In this document: positions 39,368-52,690 of the stretch, in pieces
Layout of the letters: every line of letters starts with the position of its first letter
How positions within the stretch are numbered: the first letter of the stretch is position 1
Origin: Mobula hypostoma
Taxonomy: Eukaryota
DNA: 64,000 nucleotides
NCBI RefSeq assembly: GCF_963921235.1
Contig: NC_086097.1
Span: 36,396,001 to 36,460,000, forward strand
Direction of reading: 5' to 3'
Program-made: the position numbers and the translations under genes
The notes under the pieces: model-generated
The model's database searches: none
Told to the model about the DNA's origin: nothing
Seen by the model: only the letters and a program-made list of their open reading frames with translations

Positions 39368-40170
39368 ACCTGGCACTCAACGTCAGTAAGACAAAAGAGC
39401 TGATTGTGGACTTCAGGAAGGATAAGACAAAGGAACACATACCAATCCTCATAGAGGGATCAGAAGTGAGCAGCTTCGAGTTCTTGGGTGTTAAGATCTC
39501 TGAGGATCTAACCTGGTCCCAACACATTGATGTAGTCATAAAGAAGGCAAGACAGCAGCTATACTTTATTAGGAGTTTAAAGCGATTTGGCATGTCAACA
39601 ATTACGCTCAAAAACTTCTATAGTTGTACCGTGGAGAGCATTCTGACAGTCTGCATCACTGTCTGGTATGGAGGGGCTACTGCACAGGACTGAAAGAAGC
39701 TGCAGCAGGTTGTAAACCTAGTCAGCTCCATCTTGGGCACTAGCCTACAAAGTATCCAGGACACCTTCAGGAAGTGGTGTCTCAGAAAGGCAGCGTCCAT
39801 TATTAAATACCTCCATCACCCAGGGCATGCCCTTTTCTCACTGTTACCATCAGGTAGGAGATACAGAAGCCTGAAGGCACACACTCGATGATTCAGGAAC
39901 AGCTTCTTCCCCTCTACCATCCCATTCCTTAATGGACTTTGAAGCTTTGGACACTACCTCACTTTTTTAATATGCAGTATTTCTGTTTTTGCACATTTAA
40001 AAAAATATTCAATATGTGTAATTGATTTACTTGTTTATTATGTTTTATTTTATTTATTATTATTCTTTTTCTCTTTCTGCTAGATTAGTATTGCAGTGAA
40101 CTGCTGCTGCTAAGTTAACAAATTTCACGTCACATACCGGCAATAATAAACCTGATTCTGATTCTGAATA
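39368..40170 (+). mobile_element. Rex1/Babar 3' fragment
   Basis: LNVSKTKELIVDFRK...FLGVKISEDLTW...KKARQQLYFIRSL; tail aataaacctgattctgattctga. Confidence 0.85.
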
Positions 40171-40306
40171 TGCAGCTGTATGAATGTCAATATAATATTC
40201 ACCATTATGCCGCACAGATTTTTTAGAGTGAATGCAGGAATTGAAATAAAGAATTAGACTCATTTACAGAAAGATTTGGCTTCATGCTACATGCAAGTGG
40301 ATAGTA

Positions 40307-40525
40307 GATGCATTTCAGTGGCATAACCACGTTAGAGTAACATTCCAAATTTGTTTGCAAGCTTGAAAAGTAATAACCTCAGATGAATTGCATGGGTTTA
40401 CATTAGGTCAGCATCCTAATGTGCTTCCCTAGCTGTGGAATAATGAGGCCAAAAACTGAGCAACATGTGTTTCGAGATGAACAAATAGTCTCAGAAAATT
40501 CAGGCAAGGCTGAGTTATTATGAAA
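40307..40525 (+). repeat. Diverged direct repeat of about 215 bp, copy 1 (copy 2 at 42060-42272)
   Basis: Colinear blocks gatgcatt(t)cagtgg, acattccaaa, taacctcag.tgaattgcatg.gtttaca, gccaaaaactga, gaacaaat.gtctca. Confidence 0.8.
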
Positions 40526-41424
40526 AGATCTGTGAGTTCAAAAGAAGAAGTAAATATTTGCATTTTTCATTTCCATTCTGTCATCAAACCACACTCACTG
40601 GCACCCATATCTGGCACAGTCCAGTTTTGACTATAGTGAGGAAAATGGCTTGGATTTACGTGGCTTTCCTGGTAGTTCAGCTGTGAATCTAGCAGGCTGA
40701 AACTACATCAGCACAATTTTGCTGCCAGCTAACAGAAAGTATAGGTCTCATTTTCTCCAATATGTGAGATTTACAGGAACCAAATCATTACAATACGACT
40801 TTAAGTGAACTTCAAAAAATTGACACAAGTGACTTGAGGTGAACAGACCTTCAATTTCATTGTCTTTCCTATATTAGGAACGCAGCTAGGTCTGCCTTCT
40901 ATGTATCATTATCGTGCGAGTTCATAGCAATTGAGTGTGAGTGCTTAGACACTCAACAGAAGATAGTCTGTTCCTGCAGCCAACGAGAATGAATCCTCTG
41001 GCTACTACACTGGGAAAGATTGTGCTCCGATAATAGATCCTGTCAAATTAGTTTACTGGTAGGCAATCAATAAAAAATTCTGGAACCATTGTACACCTGA
41101 TCTTCTATTATTACAGCCACAGAAGCAGGAAATTCAGGCAGTGGAACAGGAAAAGTCTGTTCATTTCTTTGTACATTGTAAAACTTAAGTAGCTTCAGGG
41201 ACCCAACTTCCTTAAGGCTCAAATAGTTTGCTGCATGTGACTACAATTTTATGCCAAACTGGACTGTTGAATCAATTGGCAGGATGGCTTGTTGCATCTT
41301 ATTCAACGTTGATTGCTCTACTGTAGTGGAATTTGATCTATGATCGCAACAAGATTGAGTCGGAGTGCAGTGAAAAATGGTGATGAAGTAGTCAAAAAGT
41401 CCTACCAGAAATGCTCACAATTCA

Positions 41425-41625
41425 ATGGGTTTCTCTCTTATCCTGATCTGAAGCTGATGAGCACAAGTTCAGCTCCAGAGGTTTGATTATAACATCTTAG
41501 CTGTCACCTCAATGCAGTCCCAATGGAATGCTACACTGCCAGAGAGGCCACCTTTCAGATCAGATTTAAACCAGCCATATTCACAGGTGGACACAAAAGA
41601 TCATGTGAGGCTGTACTGAAGACTG
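41425..41625 (+). mobile_element. Decayed DeuSINE (AmnSINE1/SacSINE1-like)
   Basis: tagctgtcacctcaatgcagt...gctacactgccagagaggccacctttcagat...caggtggacacaaaagatc resembles the Deu domain as I recall it. Confidence 0.6.
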
Positions 41626-42059
41626 TTGGAGAGATGCAAGGTTTGACGAAGCATGGATAACAGCCTAAAGGTGCTCAGGTTACTTAAAGCAGAGAGAAGT
41701 GTGTATTTCATACTATAGTAATACTTGAGTAATATTGTAAATATATTTAAATATTTTTAGTATATTGTTTACACATTTTATCATGGGTTATATGTAAAAG
41801 TATGTGAATAGCGTATGTTATATATGTGCGCCTCACGGAAGGAAAACATACACGAGTTATCCCTGGCTCCCGTGTTTTCTCTTTCAATTAGTTTTATGTT
41901 TTGGAGTTACAAAACACGACAGCAGTCATTGGGAAAGTGTGTACTGTAAACTCCTTACAGACAGCCTCAGGAATTGAACCCTGTGCTGTAAGGCATTGCA
42001 CTAACCACACAGTTGGTTATCATTGGTTTAGAGAAACAGTGTTTACTGCTCTTTTTGCG

Positions 42060-42272
42060 AGATGCATTTTCAGTGGTGTAACTATGTAAGAGTGACATTC
42101 CAAAGTTGCTGCAAATTTGAAAGTAAGTAACCTCAGGTGAATTGCATGAGTTTACACTGGGTCGGTGTCCTAATGCACTTCTTAACTGTGGAACAGTGAT
42201 GCCAAAAACTGAATAACGTGTTTTGTGTGAACAAATGGTCTCAAAAATTAAAGAGGATTGAATTACTATAAA
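42060..42272 (+). repeat. Diverged direct repeat of about 215 bp, copy 2
   Basis: Colinear with 40307-40525. Confidence 0.8.
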
Positions 42273-42454
42273 GTAATTCGACCCTGAGAAACCTGCACGA
42301 ACATTGGGTTACGGGTTTTTCCTGTTGTGGGTGTGTCACTTTTAGTTCAAATGCAGTGACCTACAAATCGCTATAACTAATATCCTGCTCTTCCACAGTC
42401 TGCCTTTGCCAAGAGCAACTGAACACAAGTGTCTGTGCTCACTTTGTTCTTATG

Positions 42455-44370
42455 ATTAAGTGGCTAAGTACGCCTCAATGCCATATTTAAGTTTGCTGAC
42501 GACACCACTGTGATTGGCAGAATCAAAGCTGGTGATAAATGAGCCTATCTAGGAGGGAGACCGAAAATCTGGTTGAATGGTGCCCCAATAACAACCTCTC
42601 ACCTAACGTCAGTGAAACCTAACAGCTGATTATCATCTACAGGAGGTAGAAGCTGGAGGTCCATGAGCCAGTCCTCATTAGGTGATCGGAGATGAAAAGC
42701 ATCAGTAGCTTTAAGTTCTTTAGAGTTAACATACAAGAGTATCTCTCCTGGGATCAACATGCAAAGGTGGCACAATGGCATCTCTACTTTCTTTGAAGTT
42801 TGCACAGATTCAGCACGTCATTCAAAACTTTGACAAACTTCTGTAGACGCACAGTGGAGAGTATCCTCATTGGTTGCATTATGGCCTGGCATGGAAACAC
42901 CAATGCCCAGGAATGGAAAAGACTGCAGAAAGCAGTGGAATGGCCCAGTCTATCACAGGATAAGCCCTCCCCATTGCTGAACACAATTACAAAGACCATT
43001 ACCACAAGAAAACATCATCCATCATCAAAGACCTCCACCATCCAGGCCAAACCCTGTTCTCTCCACTACCACCAGGCAGGCATTACAGGAGCCTTAGATC
43101 CAACACCACCAAGTTCAGGAACAGTTATTACTCATCAACCATCAGGCTCCCAAACTAGCATGGAAAATTTCAATCACCAGTACTCTGAACTGATATTACA
43201 ACTTACAGACTCTGCATTGAGCTCTGTTCAATGAAAATTGGCACTTCCATTATATTCTGGATAATGTACTACCTGACTGGCAGATGTGCAGCTTCAGAGC
43301 TGTGTGTCAGACATGGCTATAAGCAGCGCTGAGGCCCCACTCACTTCCTGTTTACACTGTATACCTCGGACTTCAGACACTGCACTGAGTCACTTCATCT
43401 GCAGAAATTCTCCGATGGCTCAGCAATAGTTGGGACTATAAGGGGAGGATGGGAGGATGAGTTCAGGGCCCTGGTGGAGGACTTTGTCAAATGGTGCAAG
43501 CTGTATCATCTGTATCATCTGCAGCTCAACATCAGTAAGACAAAGGAGATAGTGATGGACTTTAGGAAGACTAAGCCTGCACTGCTCCCTGTTACTATTG
43601 ATGGTGAGGACCTACAAGTATCTGGGGGTGGACCTGGATGACAGACTTGAGTGGAGCACTAACACAGAGGTCATATACAAGAAGGGCCAGGGTCGCCTCT
43701 ACTTCTTGAGTGCTGGGGCAATGGCATGAACACGGGTGATGCCAACAAGCTCAATAAACTGATTAGAAAAGCTGGCTCTGTTGTAGGATTCAAATTGGAC
43801 ACACTGGAGGCTGTGGTAGAACAAAGGACCCAATGTGAAATCCTGGCAATTCTGGAGAATGTTTCTCACCTTCTGCATGCCATTTTGGCTGAACAAAAGA
43901 GCACTTCCACACACTCCTTAAGAGTGTTGAAGACTAAGACAATTGCACTGCTCCAAAGAGCGCTATACAAGGTCATTCCTACCCTCGGCCATTAGGCTCC
44001 ATAATGAGTCAATCTATAGCCAGGGAAATGTTGACCCCCCCCCCTCCTGTTAGACTGTTAGTGGTAATCTATTTTTATTCTTTCTACTTCTCTTCTAATA
44101 TTTATATCTGTGGACTTGCAATGCTACAGTGACACTTATTTCCTTCGGGATCAGTAAAGTCTCATCTATCCAGGACTCTTACAACTTATGTTCTCAGTAT
44201 CTTTTTTTATTTGTATAGTTTATCTTGTTTTTCACATTGGTTTTTTATCAGTCTTTGTTTATGTACAGTTTTTCACAAATTCTTTTTTTTGTAAGTGCCT
44301 GCTAAAAAATGAATCTTTAGGTAGCATACAGTGATATACATGTTGTGAATACATTTAGTTTGAACTTAGT
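42455..44370 (+). mobile_element. Rex1/Babar fragment with a second Rex-type copy (~43250-44170) nested near its 3' end
   Basis: KFADDTTVIG..., FCRRTVESILIGCIMAWHG; the 3' UTR resumes at ~44172. Confidence 0.7.
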
Positions 44371-46764
44371 CATGCATGAGCACAGAGTAGTCAATTACGT
44401 CTGCACTGGAAGTGAATGAGAATATTTGAGGTGATGCAAATTCCTTAGACACATGTGAAATAATTCTGTAAAGTGCAGATGCTTTCAAAGATAATAAAAT
44501 GAAAAGTCTCTAAATATCAAAAAAATCCTACAAAGAGCAATTAACAGTAAAAATCAATATTTGGCATGACCACCCTTTGCCTGTAAAACTGCATCAATTG
44601 TCAGAGGTACACTGTTGTGCAGTTTTATAAGAAACATCAGCTGATAGGTCGTTCTAAGCATCTTGGAAATCTTGCCACAGTTCTTCTCTAGGCTTTGGCT
44701 GTCATGCCTCTTTCTGTCTCTCCTGGTAATCCCAGGTAGCCTCGATGATGTTGAGATCAGGACCATACCATCTGAAACCAATCAGCAAAACCAGGGTGCC
44801 TAAGGCTTTTACACAGTACTGTACATGGGAGTAAAAAAGCTAAAGGATCTCCTGTAAGCGAAGAGATATTCTGAAGGATGGTGTGCACAGTGACACTTGA
44901 GAGTTAACAATGATTACTAGTGCCCCGAGGCCCATAATAACATCTGCTAGTAAATGAACCATAGGCAGCTAACTTGGTGAGGAATACTCGAGGAGTATGT
45001 GAAAGTAGTGTCAACCAGATCTAGGCTTGAAGCCGATGATCACAGAGGAGGAAGGGGTTCCTTCATTGACCGGGGCTCAGGTTGAAGGCTTGGCTGGAGA
45101 TCAGACTCCTTTAGGCAAGGAGTCCGATGAGAGAGATGGGGAACAGAAAGGGGCAGGAAATGAGGTGTTGTGCTGGGGACAGAGCTTGGATGAAATCATG
45201 CAACCAGTGGGTTCCATTTGGAATCAGAGGTTTGGGTAATTGTGAAATAAGTGTACAGGTTCGAGTTGGGAGCTGATGAGCAGAGTAGCAGAGGTCAGGA
45301 GTCCCAGGTTCATTCAGAAACAAGCCCTTTAGTGTACACTAATATTTTATATTAATTTTTTAATGTCATTTTTATACTTAACTTACACTAACCCCATTTT
45401 CATTTTGTTACAAATTATTCCTAGTTTATATCACTTATTGGGGGCAATTTGCAATGGCCAATTAATCCGGCAACCTGCATGTCTTTGGGATGTGGTTGGG
45501 GGGGTTGGTTTGAAACAGAGTACCCAGGAAGACCAAACAGTTACAGAGACAATGAGAAAACTCCACACGTACAGCAGTAGAGGAGGTCAGGTTGGAACCT
45601 GGGTCGATGGACCTGTGAGGCAGCCTTTTAAGTCTTTTAATTTTTCTTTAAATCTTCAAAACTCCAGAGAAAAGCAAAATAAACCAATCCAAAGTTCCTG
45701 CAGAGTGAGAGAATGGAGAATGCGGCACAGAATCTAACTGTGGGGATCTTCTGCTGTAACTTACCAAGCACTGGTTTAACCACACTTGGAGCATTATGTC
45801 CCATTCAGGTTGAGGCAATATAGGAAGAATGTGATTGTGCTGGAGTACAGAGGAAGTTCCCCATGATGCTGGCTGGATTGGAGGACTTTAATTATGGGGA
45901 GAGACTAGTCGGCTCTGGATAAACTGGCAAGATTCTGACTGTCTACTCTGTTTATGCCCTTCTTAGAATTTTATAAAATTCTATCAGCTCTCCCTTCAGC
46001 CTTTGATGCTCCCAAGAAAATTAATAGCTTGTACCCTCTAATGTTCGTTGAATCCTGGTAAACATTTCCTGTGCCCTTTCAAGGCCTCTAGATCCTTCCT
46101 GTAATGGGGGTGACTCGAACTGCACACAATTTGAAATATAAATAGCCATAAAAATCATTGATTTTTAATTAATTGCAGGTTAAATCATATTGCTAAACAA
46201 TAATACATTAACAATACTTTTAAAGCCACTTTAAATTTGAACGATCTGGAAGAAGAAATGTCTAATGATATAATTGAAAGCTCTCATTCTTCTAAGTGCA
46301 GCATTTTTTTTGCTAATTGTAAAATTGGAACAAATTTTGAGTTTGCACAGCTGCTGGTAAGTTATGAATCCAAGGAGACATGTTTGAAACTCAGGATGTT
46401 TTCAGCAAGAGTCGTTGGACCATTATTTATCATGTTTATAGAAATAAGAATCATTGTCTGTCTAAGTTCCAGTTGTGCTCCAGCAGCAACAGGAGAGATC
46501 CACAAACTCACAAAATTTACATTTTGGTTTTCTTTCACACAGAGTTACATCATAGTGAAGGAATTACTCTCACCCTGCTGTTACTTAGGCTAATGAGATT
46601 TACTGTTGTCATTTGTAAAATGTTGCCTCATCGAAGGCACTTGGTCCAAGCAGTTACACACAGGCACTATTGCTGATGTCTTAAGTGTTTTGAAACACAC
46701 ATTGCATTATGGGAACTAATGCAACGCAAATTAAGTGTCCACCGAATTTGAGAGAGTACCCAAG

Positions 46765-47130
46765 CTGGTGTGGTGGAGATATATCTCTCCCAAAGGAGGT
46801 GCAAGGCACTTCTTTCCTTCAGTAGCCTGCAGGTCACCCTTGGGCAAGATGTAGCGCCTGCATAGCCCCCTGGTCAGGGTCACATGAAGTCATGGGAACA
46901 GGTAGTGGACTGTCCTATGAACAGCTTATAAATATCACAAGTCCTGGCTTTGCGACCACTGACGCCAGGCAGAAAATCTCAGAAGAGTATTGATAATGGC
47001 TGAGGTTACCTGTCTTGCAAAGGTACTGCCCAGAAGGCAATGGCAGATCACTGCCATAGAAAAGTTTGCCAAGAACAATCATGGTCACAGATCACGATTG
47101 CCCATGTTAAATGACACGGCACATAATGAC
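46765..47130 (+). mobile_element. RTE-related short retroposon (BovA-like 3' part)
   Basis: gaaggcaatggcagatcact...ttgcc...catgg...gacacggcacataatgac. Confidence 0.5.
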
Positions 47131-47540
47131 AGCACAAAAAATGGCTATTTTCATTGGACACCAAGTTGTCTAGATTGGAGGATACTAATTATACACAGAG
47201 GATTTATAAACTTAAGTCTTTTTCTCCTGAATGTCAGAGGCCAAGGGGGGTGACCTGAGAGTAGGATATAACATTATGGGAGACAGTAGGTAGGGTAGAT
47301 AATTAGGATTATACTGGAATTGCAATAACGTGACCCATGTACAGAGATGACACAGAGCAGCTAATGATTTAGGTCAGATTCTTCTGAATGATAGCAGCCT
47401 TTTGGCATCTTTCAAACAGCACACTTTCATTTGGAGTGATCTTATTTAGGATTATATAGGATTATGAGAGTCAGGCTTGTAAACAAAGCAGGCCAGCTGT
47501 AAGAAATAGGATAGTAAGCAAATTAGAGCTAATGAGTTAT

Positions 47541-48445
47541 AGAAACATAGAAAACCTATAGCACAATACAGGCCCTTTGGCCCACAAAGTTGTGCTGAAC
47601 ATGTCCCTACCTTAGAAATTACTAGGCTTACCTATAGCCCTCTATTTTACTAAGCTCCATGTACCTATCTAAAAGCAGGGAGAAGGTATCCGCTGTAGAC
47701 TTGTTTCAGCTGCAGGCAAATTGCAGGGGGTTGTAACCTCTGACAGCTCTCCACACTATCCACAACCCCTCCAACCTTTGTGCAATCAGCAAACTTACTA
47801 ACCCATCCCTCCACTTCCTCATCCAGGTCATTTATAGAAATCACAAAGAGTAGGGTTCCCAGAACAGATCCCTGAGTCACACCACTGGTCACCAACCTCC
47901 ATGCAGAATATGACCCGTCTGCAACCACACTTTGCCTTCTGTAGGCAAGCCAGTTCTGGATCCACAAAGCAATGTTCCCTTGGATCCCATGCCTCCTTAC
48001 TTTCTCAATAAGCCTTGCAAGGGGTAACTTATCAAATGCCTTGCTGAAATCCATATACACTACATCTACTGCTCTTCCTTCATCAATGTGTTTAGTCACA
48101 TCCACACAAAATTCAACCAGGCTCATAAGGCCCTTGACAAAGCCATGCTGACTACTCCTAATCATATTATACCTCTCCAAATGTACATAAATCCTGCCTC
48201 TCAGGATCTTCTCCTTCAACTTACCAACCACTGAGGTAAGACTCACTGGTCTATAATTTCCTGGGCTATCTCTTCTCCCTTTTTTGAATAAAGGAACAAT
48301 ATCCGCAACCCTCCAATCCTCCGGAACCTCTCCCGTCCGCACTGATGATGCAAAGATCATCGCCAGAGGCTCAGCAATCTCTTCCCTCACCTCCCACAGT
48401 AGCCTGGAGTACGTTTCGTCCGGTCCCAGCGACTTACCAACTTGA
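47541..48445 (-). mobile_element. CR1 RT fragment with internal deletion filled by a 55-bp foreign segment
   Basis: ORF 47665-48390 NYRPVSLTS...DFSKAFDK...QGSVLG...INDLD...SCQRLQ, then non-CR1 sequence, then the CR1 3' end. Confidence 0.9.
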
Positions 48446-50669
48446 TGTTTACAATGTCATTGGGATGTTTTGGAACTCATATCGTGAATTATATTCTGTT
48501 AGGATTGACAAACTATTTTACATGGAACGTAATATAGAACATAGAAATCTACAGCACATTACAGGCCCTTCGGCCCACAATGCTGTGCTGACCACGTAAC
48601 TTACTCTGGAAACTGCCTAGAATTTCCCTAGTGCATAGCCCTCTATTTTTCCAAGCTCCATGTGCCAATTTAAGAGTCTTTGAAAGGCCCTATTGTATCC
48701 ACTTCCACCACCGCTGCAGGCAGTGCATTCCACGCACCCACCACTGTGTGAAAAAATTTTAGATGGCGCAATTTGAAATTATTTACAGAAATTATTGACA
48801 AAGCAGCAACAGAGACCAGTAAACAAACCTTGCAGCAGTACAACATTGATAAATCAATGGACGTGGTGCTACTTAGTGATTAACCAGCTTTCATAAGTTT
48901 ACTAGCTATCTAAACACAAAAGGTAATTGTCCTTGGGCATGCTTCCAGCTAAGAGAAGTTCTGACTGTCGCCTGACTTCTTGCAAATGGGAGGCTGTGTT
49001 GCAAATATTATCAAATCCAAATGAAGTTGGGCAACATTACCAACAGTAGCATGTCACTTCCCAGTGAGCTCAATACATTCTGTGTACATTCAGAACAGAA
49101 TGTTACCGCTCCCCCTGACAGTCTCGGAACCCACAGTCACCACTGCAGACCCAAGGTCAGTCTTCCAGAGACTGAATATGCAGAAAGCATCTAGCATGCG
49201 TGTTTGTAGATATTTTAATCTTGCTTTGCTTCAGGCTGTGATTCCTTCTGCTTTAAAATCATCCAGATACCCAAGAGAAACAAGGTGACATGTCTTACTA
49301 ACTATCGCCCAGCGGCTCTGACATTCACCACCATCAAATGGTCATGATACATGTTCAAGTTTAATTGTCATTCAATCATACACGAGTACCCATGAATACA
49401 GCCAAATGAAACTGTGTTACTCTGGGGTCAAGGTGCAAAGAAGTTACACACAAAGCACATAAGATAGCAAGCACATACAAGCTATCAATACAGTCACAAA
49501 AAAAGAGTCCAAGACAACAAGTCCTTGAAATCCATAGTCGACCACAGCACAACTCGTCTTCTGCTGAGAGAACACTAGGGGGCAGCACCATCTCCAGCTT
49601 GGATGCCACACCCTCTCTCTTGGGTGGCTGTAAAGAGGCACCACAGCAATTTGAGGCCTCGTCCTCGCTATGACTGAGGGTACACTGTGAGTTGATATGC
49701 ATCAGCTCCAACTTTTCAGACAACCTTAACCCCCTGCAATTTGCCTGCAGCTGAAACAAGTCTACAGCGGATACCTTCTCCCGGATACCATCTCTTGGAA
49801 CATCTGAACAATAAAGACAATTGGTTGCTGATGGATTGTGTGGTCCAGCTAATAGAGGTTTTTACAGACATCTTTAATACCTCTTTACAACAGCCCACTG
49901 TCGCTGCAGGCTTCAAGGCAGCCACCGTCATACTGGTGCCCAAGAAAGCAATTGTAAGTGGCCGAAACGATTACTGCCCAGTGGCACTGACCTCAACAAT
50001 CATGAAGTGCTTTGAGTGGCTGGTAATGGATTGTATAAACTCCCAGCTTCCAGCTACATTGGACTCTTTCCAGTTCACCTACCTCTCAAACCAGTGCACT
50101 GATGAGGTTATAGCCTCAGCTCTCCACTTTGTCCTGTCCTACCTAGAAAATTATGCCTCATTACGCCAGGTTGTTGCTTATTAGCTTCAGCTTGGTATCT
50201 TACACAATCATTCCTTCGAGGCTGGTAGGTTAACTAACCTCATTGGGTCTCAACACTCCTCTCTGGAACTGAATCTTGGACTTCTTGACAGAAAGACCCC
50301 AGTCAGTCCAAGTTGGTAGCAACATCTCAAGCTCCATCATGCTGAGCACTGGTGGCCCTAGGGCTGTGTGCTCAGTCCACCGCTGTCTTGTGACAGCACT
50401 GCCAGATCCAGCTCAAAATGTATGAAGTTCGTTGATGGTACATCAGTGGTTGGCCTCTTCAGCAACAATCAGCAATACAGAGAGGAGGTAGAGAGGCTTG
50501 TCAAATGGTGTGAGAACAACATCCTGAGTCTCAATGTGGACAGGGCAAAAGAGATGATTGTGGACTTCAGGAAGGTGCAGGTCAACCACTTTCCATTGCA
50601 CATGGTCTTACCATGGAGAATGTGAAGAGCACTAAGTCCCTTGGTGTGCACATAATGGAAGATCTAACC

Positions 50670-50806
50670 GTCCTGGTGAAGGGTCTCAGCCCGAAACATC
50701 GACTGTGTACTCTTTTTCATAGATGCTGCCTAGCCTGCTGAGTTCCTCCAGCATTTTGTGCGTAGCTTGGATTTCCAGTATCTGCAGATTTTCTTGTGTT
50801 TGTGAT
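50670..50806 (+). mobile_element. PLE terminal fragment beginning at a hammerhead variant (CTGGTGA core)
   Basis: gtc-ctggtga-agggtctcagccc-gaaac-atc-gact followed by the PLE 3' terminus; interrupts a Rex DLTW motif. Confidence 0.75.
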
Positions 50807-51863
50807 TGGATCACATCATCTCCTCACTAGTCAAGAAGGCAGTGCAGCACCTATACTTTAAGGAGATTGGGGTGTGCAAGGCTTTCTATAGGAGCATCAG
50901 AGAGTGTCCTGTCTGACTGCATCATTGTGTGGTACAGAAGCTGCAAGGCATTGGACCACAAGACCCTACAAAGGATAGCAAACACGGCCAGGAGGACCTC
51001 TGGAGTCTCCCTTCCTCCTAATTCTGACATTTACTGGGAGCGTTGTATACGAAGGACCCCCAAAGCATTGCTGAGGATCCTTACCACCCATCCCACAAAC
51101 TCTCTGCCCCATTACCATCAGGAAGAAGGTACCTAAGCAACAGGACTAGAACTGCCATATTGAGCAACAGTTTCTTCCCTCAGGCTGTGAGACTAATGAA
51201 TATCTTGCCAAAACTGAGGTCTCATCACTAAACAGCGAGCTGTTTATTGCTTACTCTTTATCTGTGTTGCACACCACATGCACTTTGAATTATATTTTAT
51301 TTACTTATTTCTGGTAATGTTTTGTTTTATATGCTGTGTGTGATGTACAACATGTTTTGTGAGTGCACTGTGGTCCAGAGGAAAGTTGTTTTGTTTGGTT
51401 GTATACATGTAGTGTCAGATGACAATAAACTTGAAAATTGATTTCAGCTCTGCCTTCAATGCTACAATTCCAAGCAAACACATCACCAAACTCCTGACCT
51501 CTGCAACTGGATCCTTGACTTGTTGAGCAACAGTCTGCAATCAGCAAGGTTAGGCAACAACACCTCCACCATGATTATTCTAAACACCGGGCTCCCAAAG
51601 GTTGCGTCCTCAGCCCCCTACTCCACTCCATGTACACTCATGTCTGCATGACCACATCCTGATCTATCTCTATCTACAAGCTTGCACATGGTACCACCAG
51701 CGTGGGCCACATCTCCAACAACATTGAACTGGAGCATAGGAAGGAGATCAAGAGCTTAGTGACATAAACACGAAGAATTCTGCAGATGCTGAAAATTCAA
51801 GAAACACACATCAAAGTTGCTGGTGAACGCAGCAGTCCAGGCAGCATCTCTAGGAAGTGGTAC

Positions 51864-51899
51864 AGTCGACGTTTCGGGCCGAGACCCTTCGTCAGGACT
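51864..51899 (-). ncRNA. Minimal type I hammerhead ribozyme with intact core
   Basis: Minus strand AGTC-CTGACGA-A-GGG-tctcgg-CCC-GAA-ACGT-C-GACT: stem I AGTC/GACT, stem II GGG/CCC, palindromic ACGT stem III, GUC cleavage triplet. Confidence 0.8.
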
Positions 51900-52204
51900 A
51901 ACTGAAGAAAGAGCTAGTAAGAGATTTGAAAGTGGAAGGGGGAGGGGGAGATCCAAAATGATAGGAGAAGACAGGAGGGGGAGGGATGGAGCCAAGAGCT
52001 GGACAGGTGATTGGCAAAAGGGGATACGAGAGGATCATGGGACAGGAGGTCCGGGAAGAAAGACAAGGGGGGGGGGACCCAGAGGATGGGCAAGGGGTAT
52101 ATTCAGAGGGACAGAGGGAGAAAAAGGAGAGAGAGAGAAACAATGTGTGTATATAAATAAATAATTGATGGGGTACGAAGGGGAGGTGGGGCCTTAGCGG
52201 AAGT

Positions 52205-52690
52205 TAGAGGTCAATGTTCATGCCATCAGGTTGGAGGCTACCCATACGGAATATAAGGTGTTGTTCCTCCAACCTGAGTGTGGCTTCATCTTTACAGTAG
52301 AGGAGGCCGTGGATAGACATGTCAGAATGGGAATGGGATGTGGAATTAAAATGTGTGGCCACTGGGAGATCCTGCTTTCTCTGGCGGACAGAGCGTAGAT
52401 GTTCAGCAAAGCGGTCTCCCAGTCTGCGTCGGGTCTCACCAATATATAGAAGGCCACATTGGGATCACCGGACGCAGTTTATCACCCCAGCCGACTCACA
52501 GGTGAAGTGTCGCCTCACCTGGAAGGACTGTCTGGGGCCCTGAATGGTGGTAAGAGAGGAAGTGTAAGGGATGTGTAGCACTTGTTCCACTTACAAGGAT
52601 AAGTGCCAGGAGGGAGATCGGTGGGGAGGGATGTGGGGGACGAATGGACAAGGGAGTCGTGTAGGGAGCGATCCCTGTGGAAAGTGGCGG
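52205..52690 (-). pseudogene. Penelope GIY-YIG endonuclease (disrupted)
   Basis: Manual translation: FQVRRHFTCESAGVINCVR*SQCGLLYIGETRRRLGDRFAEHLRS...VATHFN...LEEQHLIFRMGSLQPDGMN; upstream RDRSLHDSLV...PGTYPC...C linker. Confidence 0.88.

Noticed and set aside
45750..46130. Inverted CR1 pieces suggesting twin priming
   Set aside because: The two pieces cover overlapping parts of CR1 and are very decayed; more simply two separate fragments
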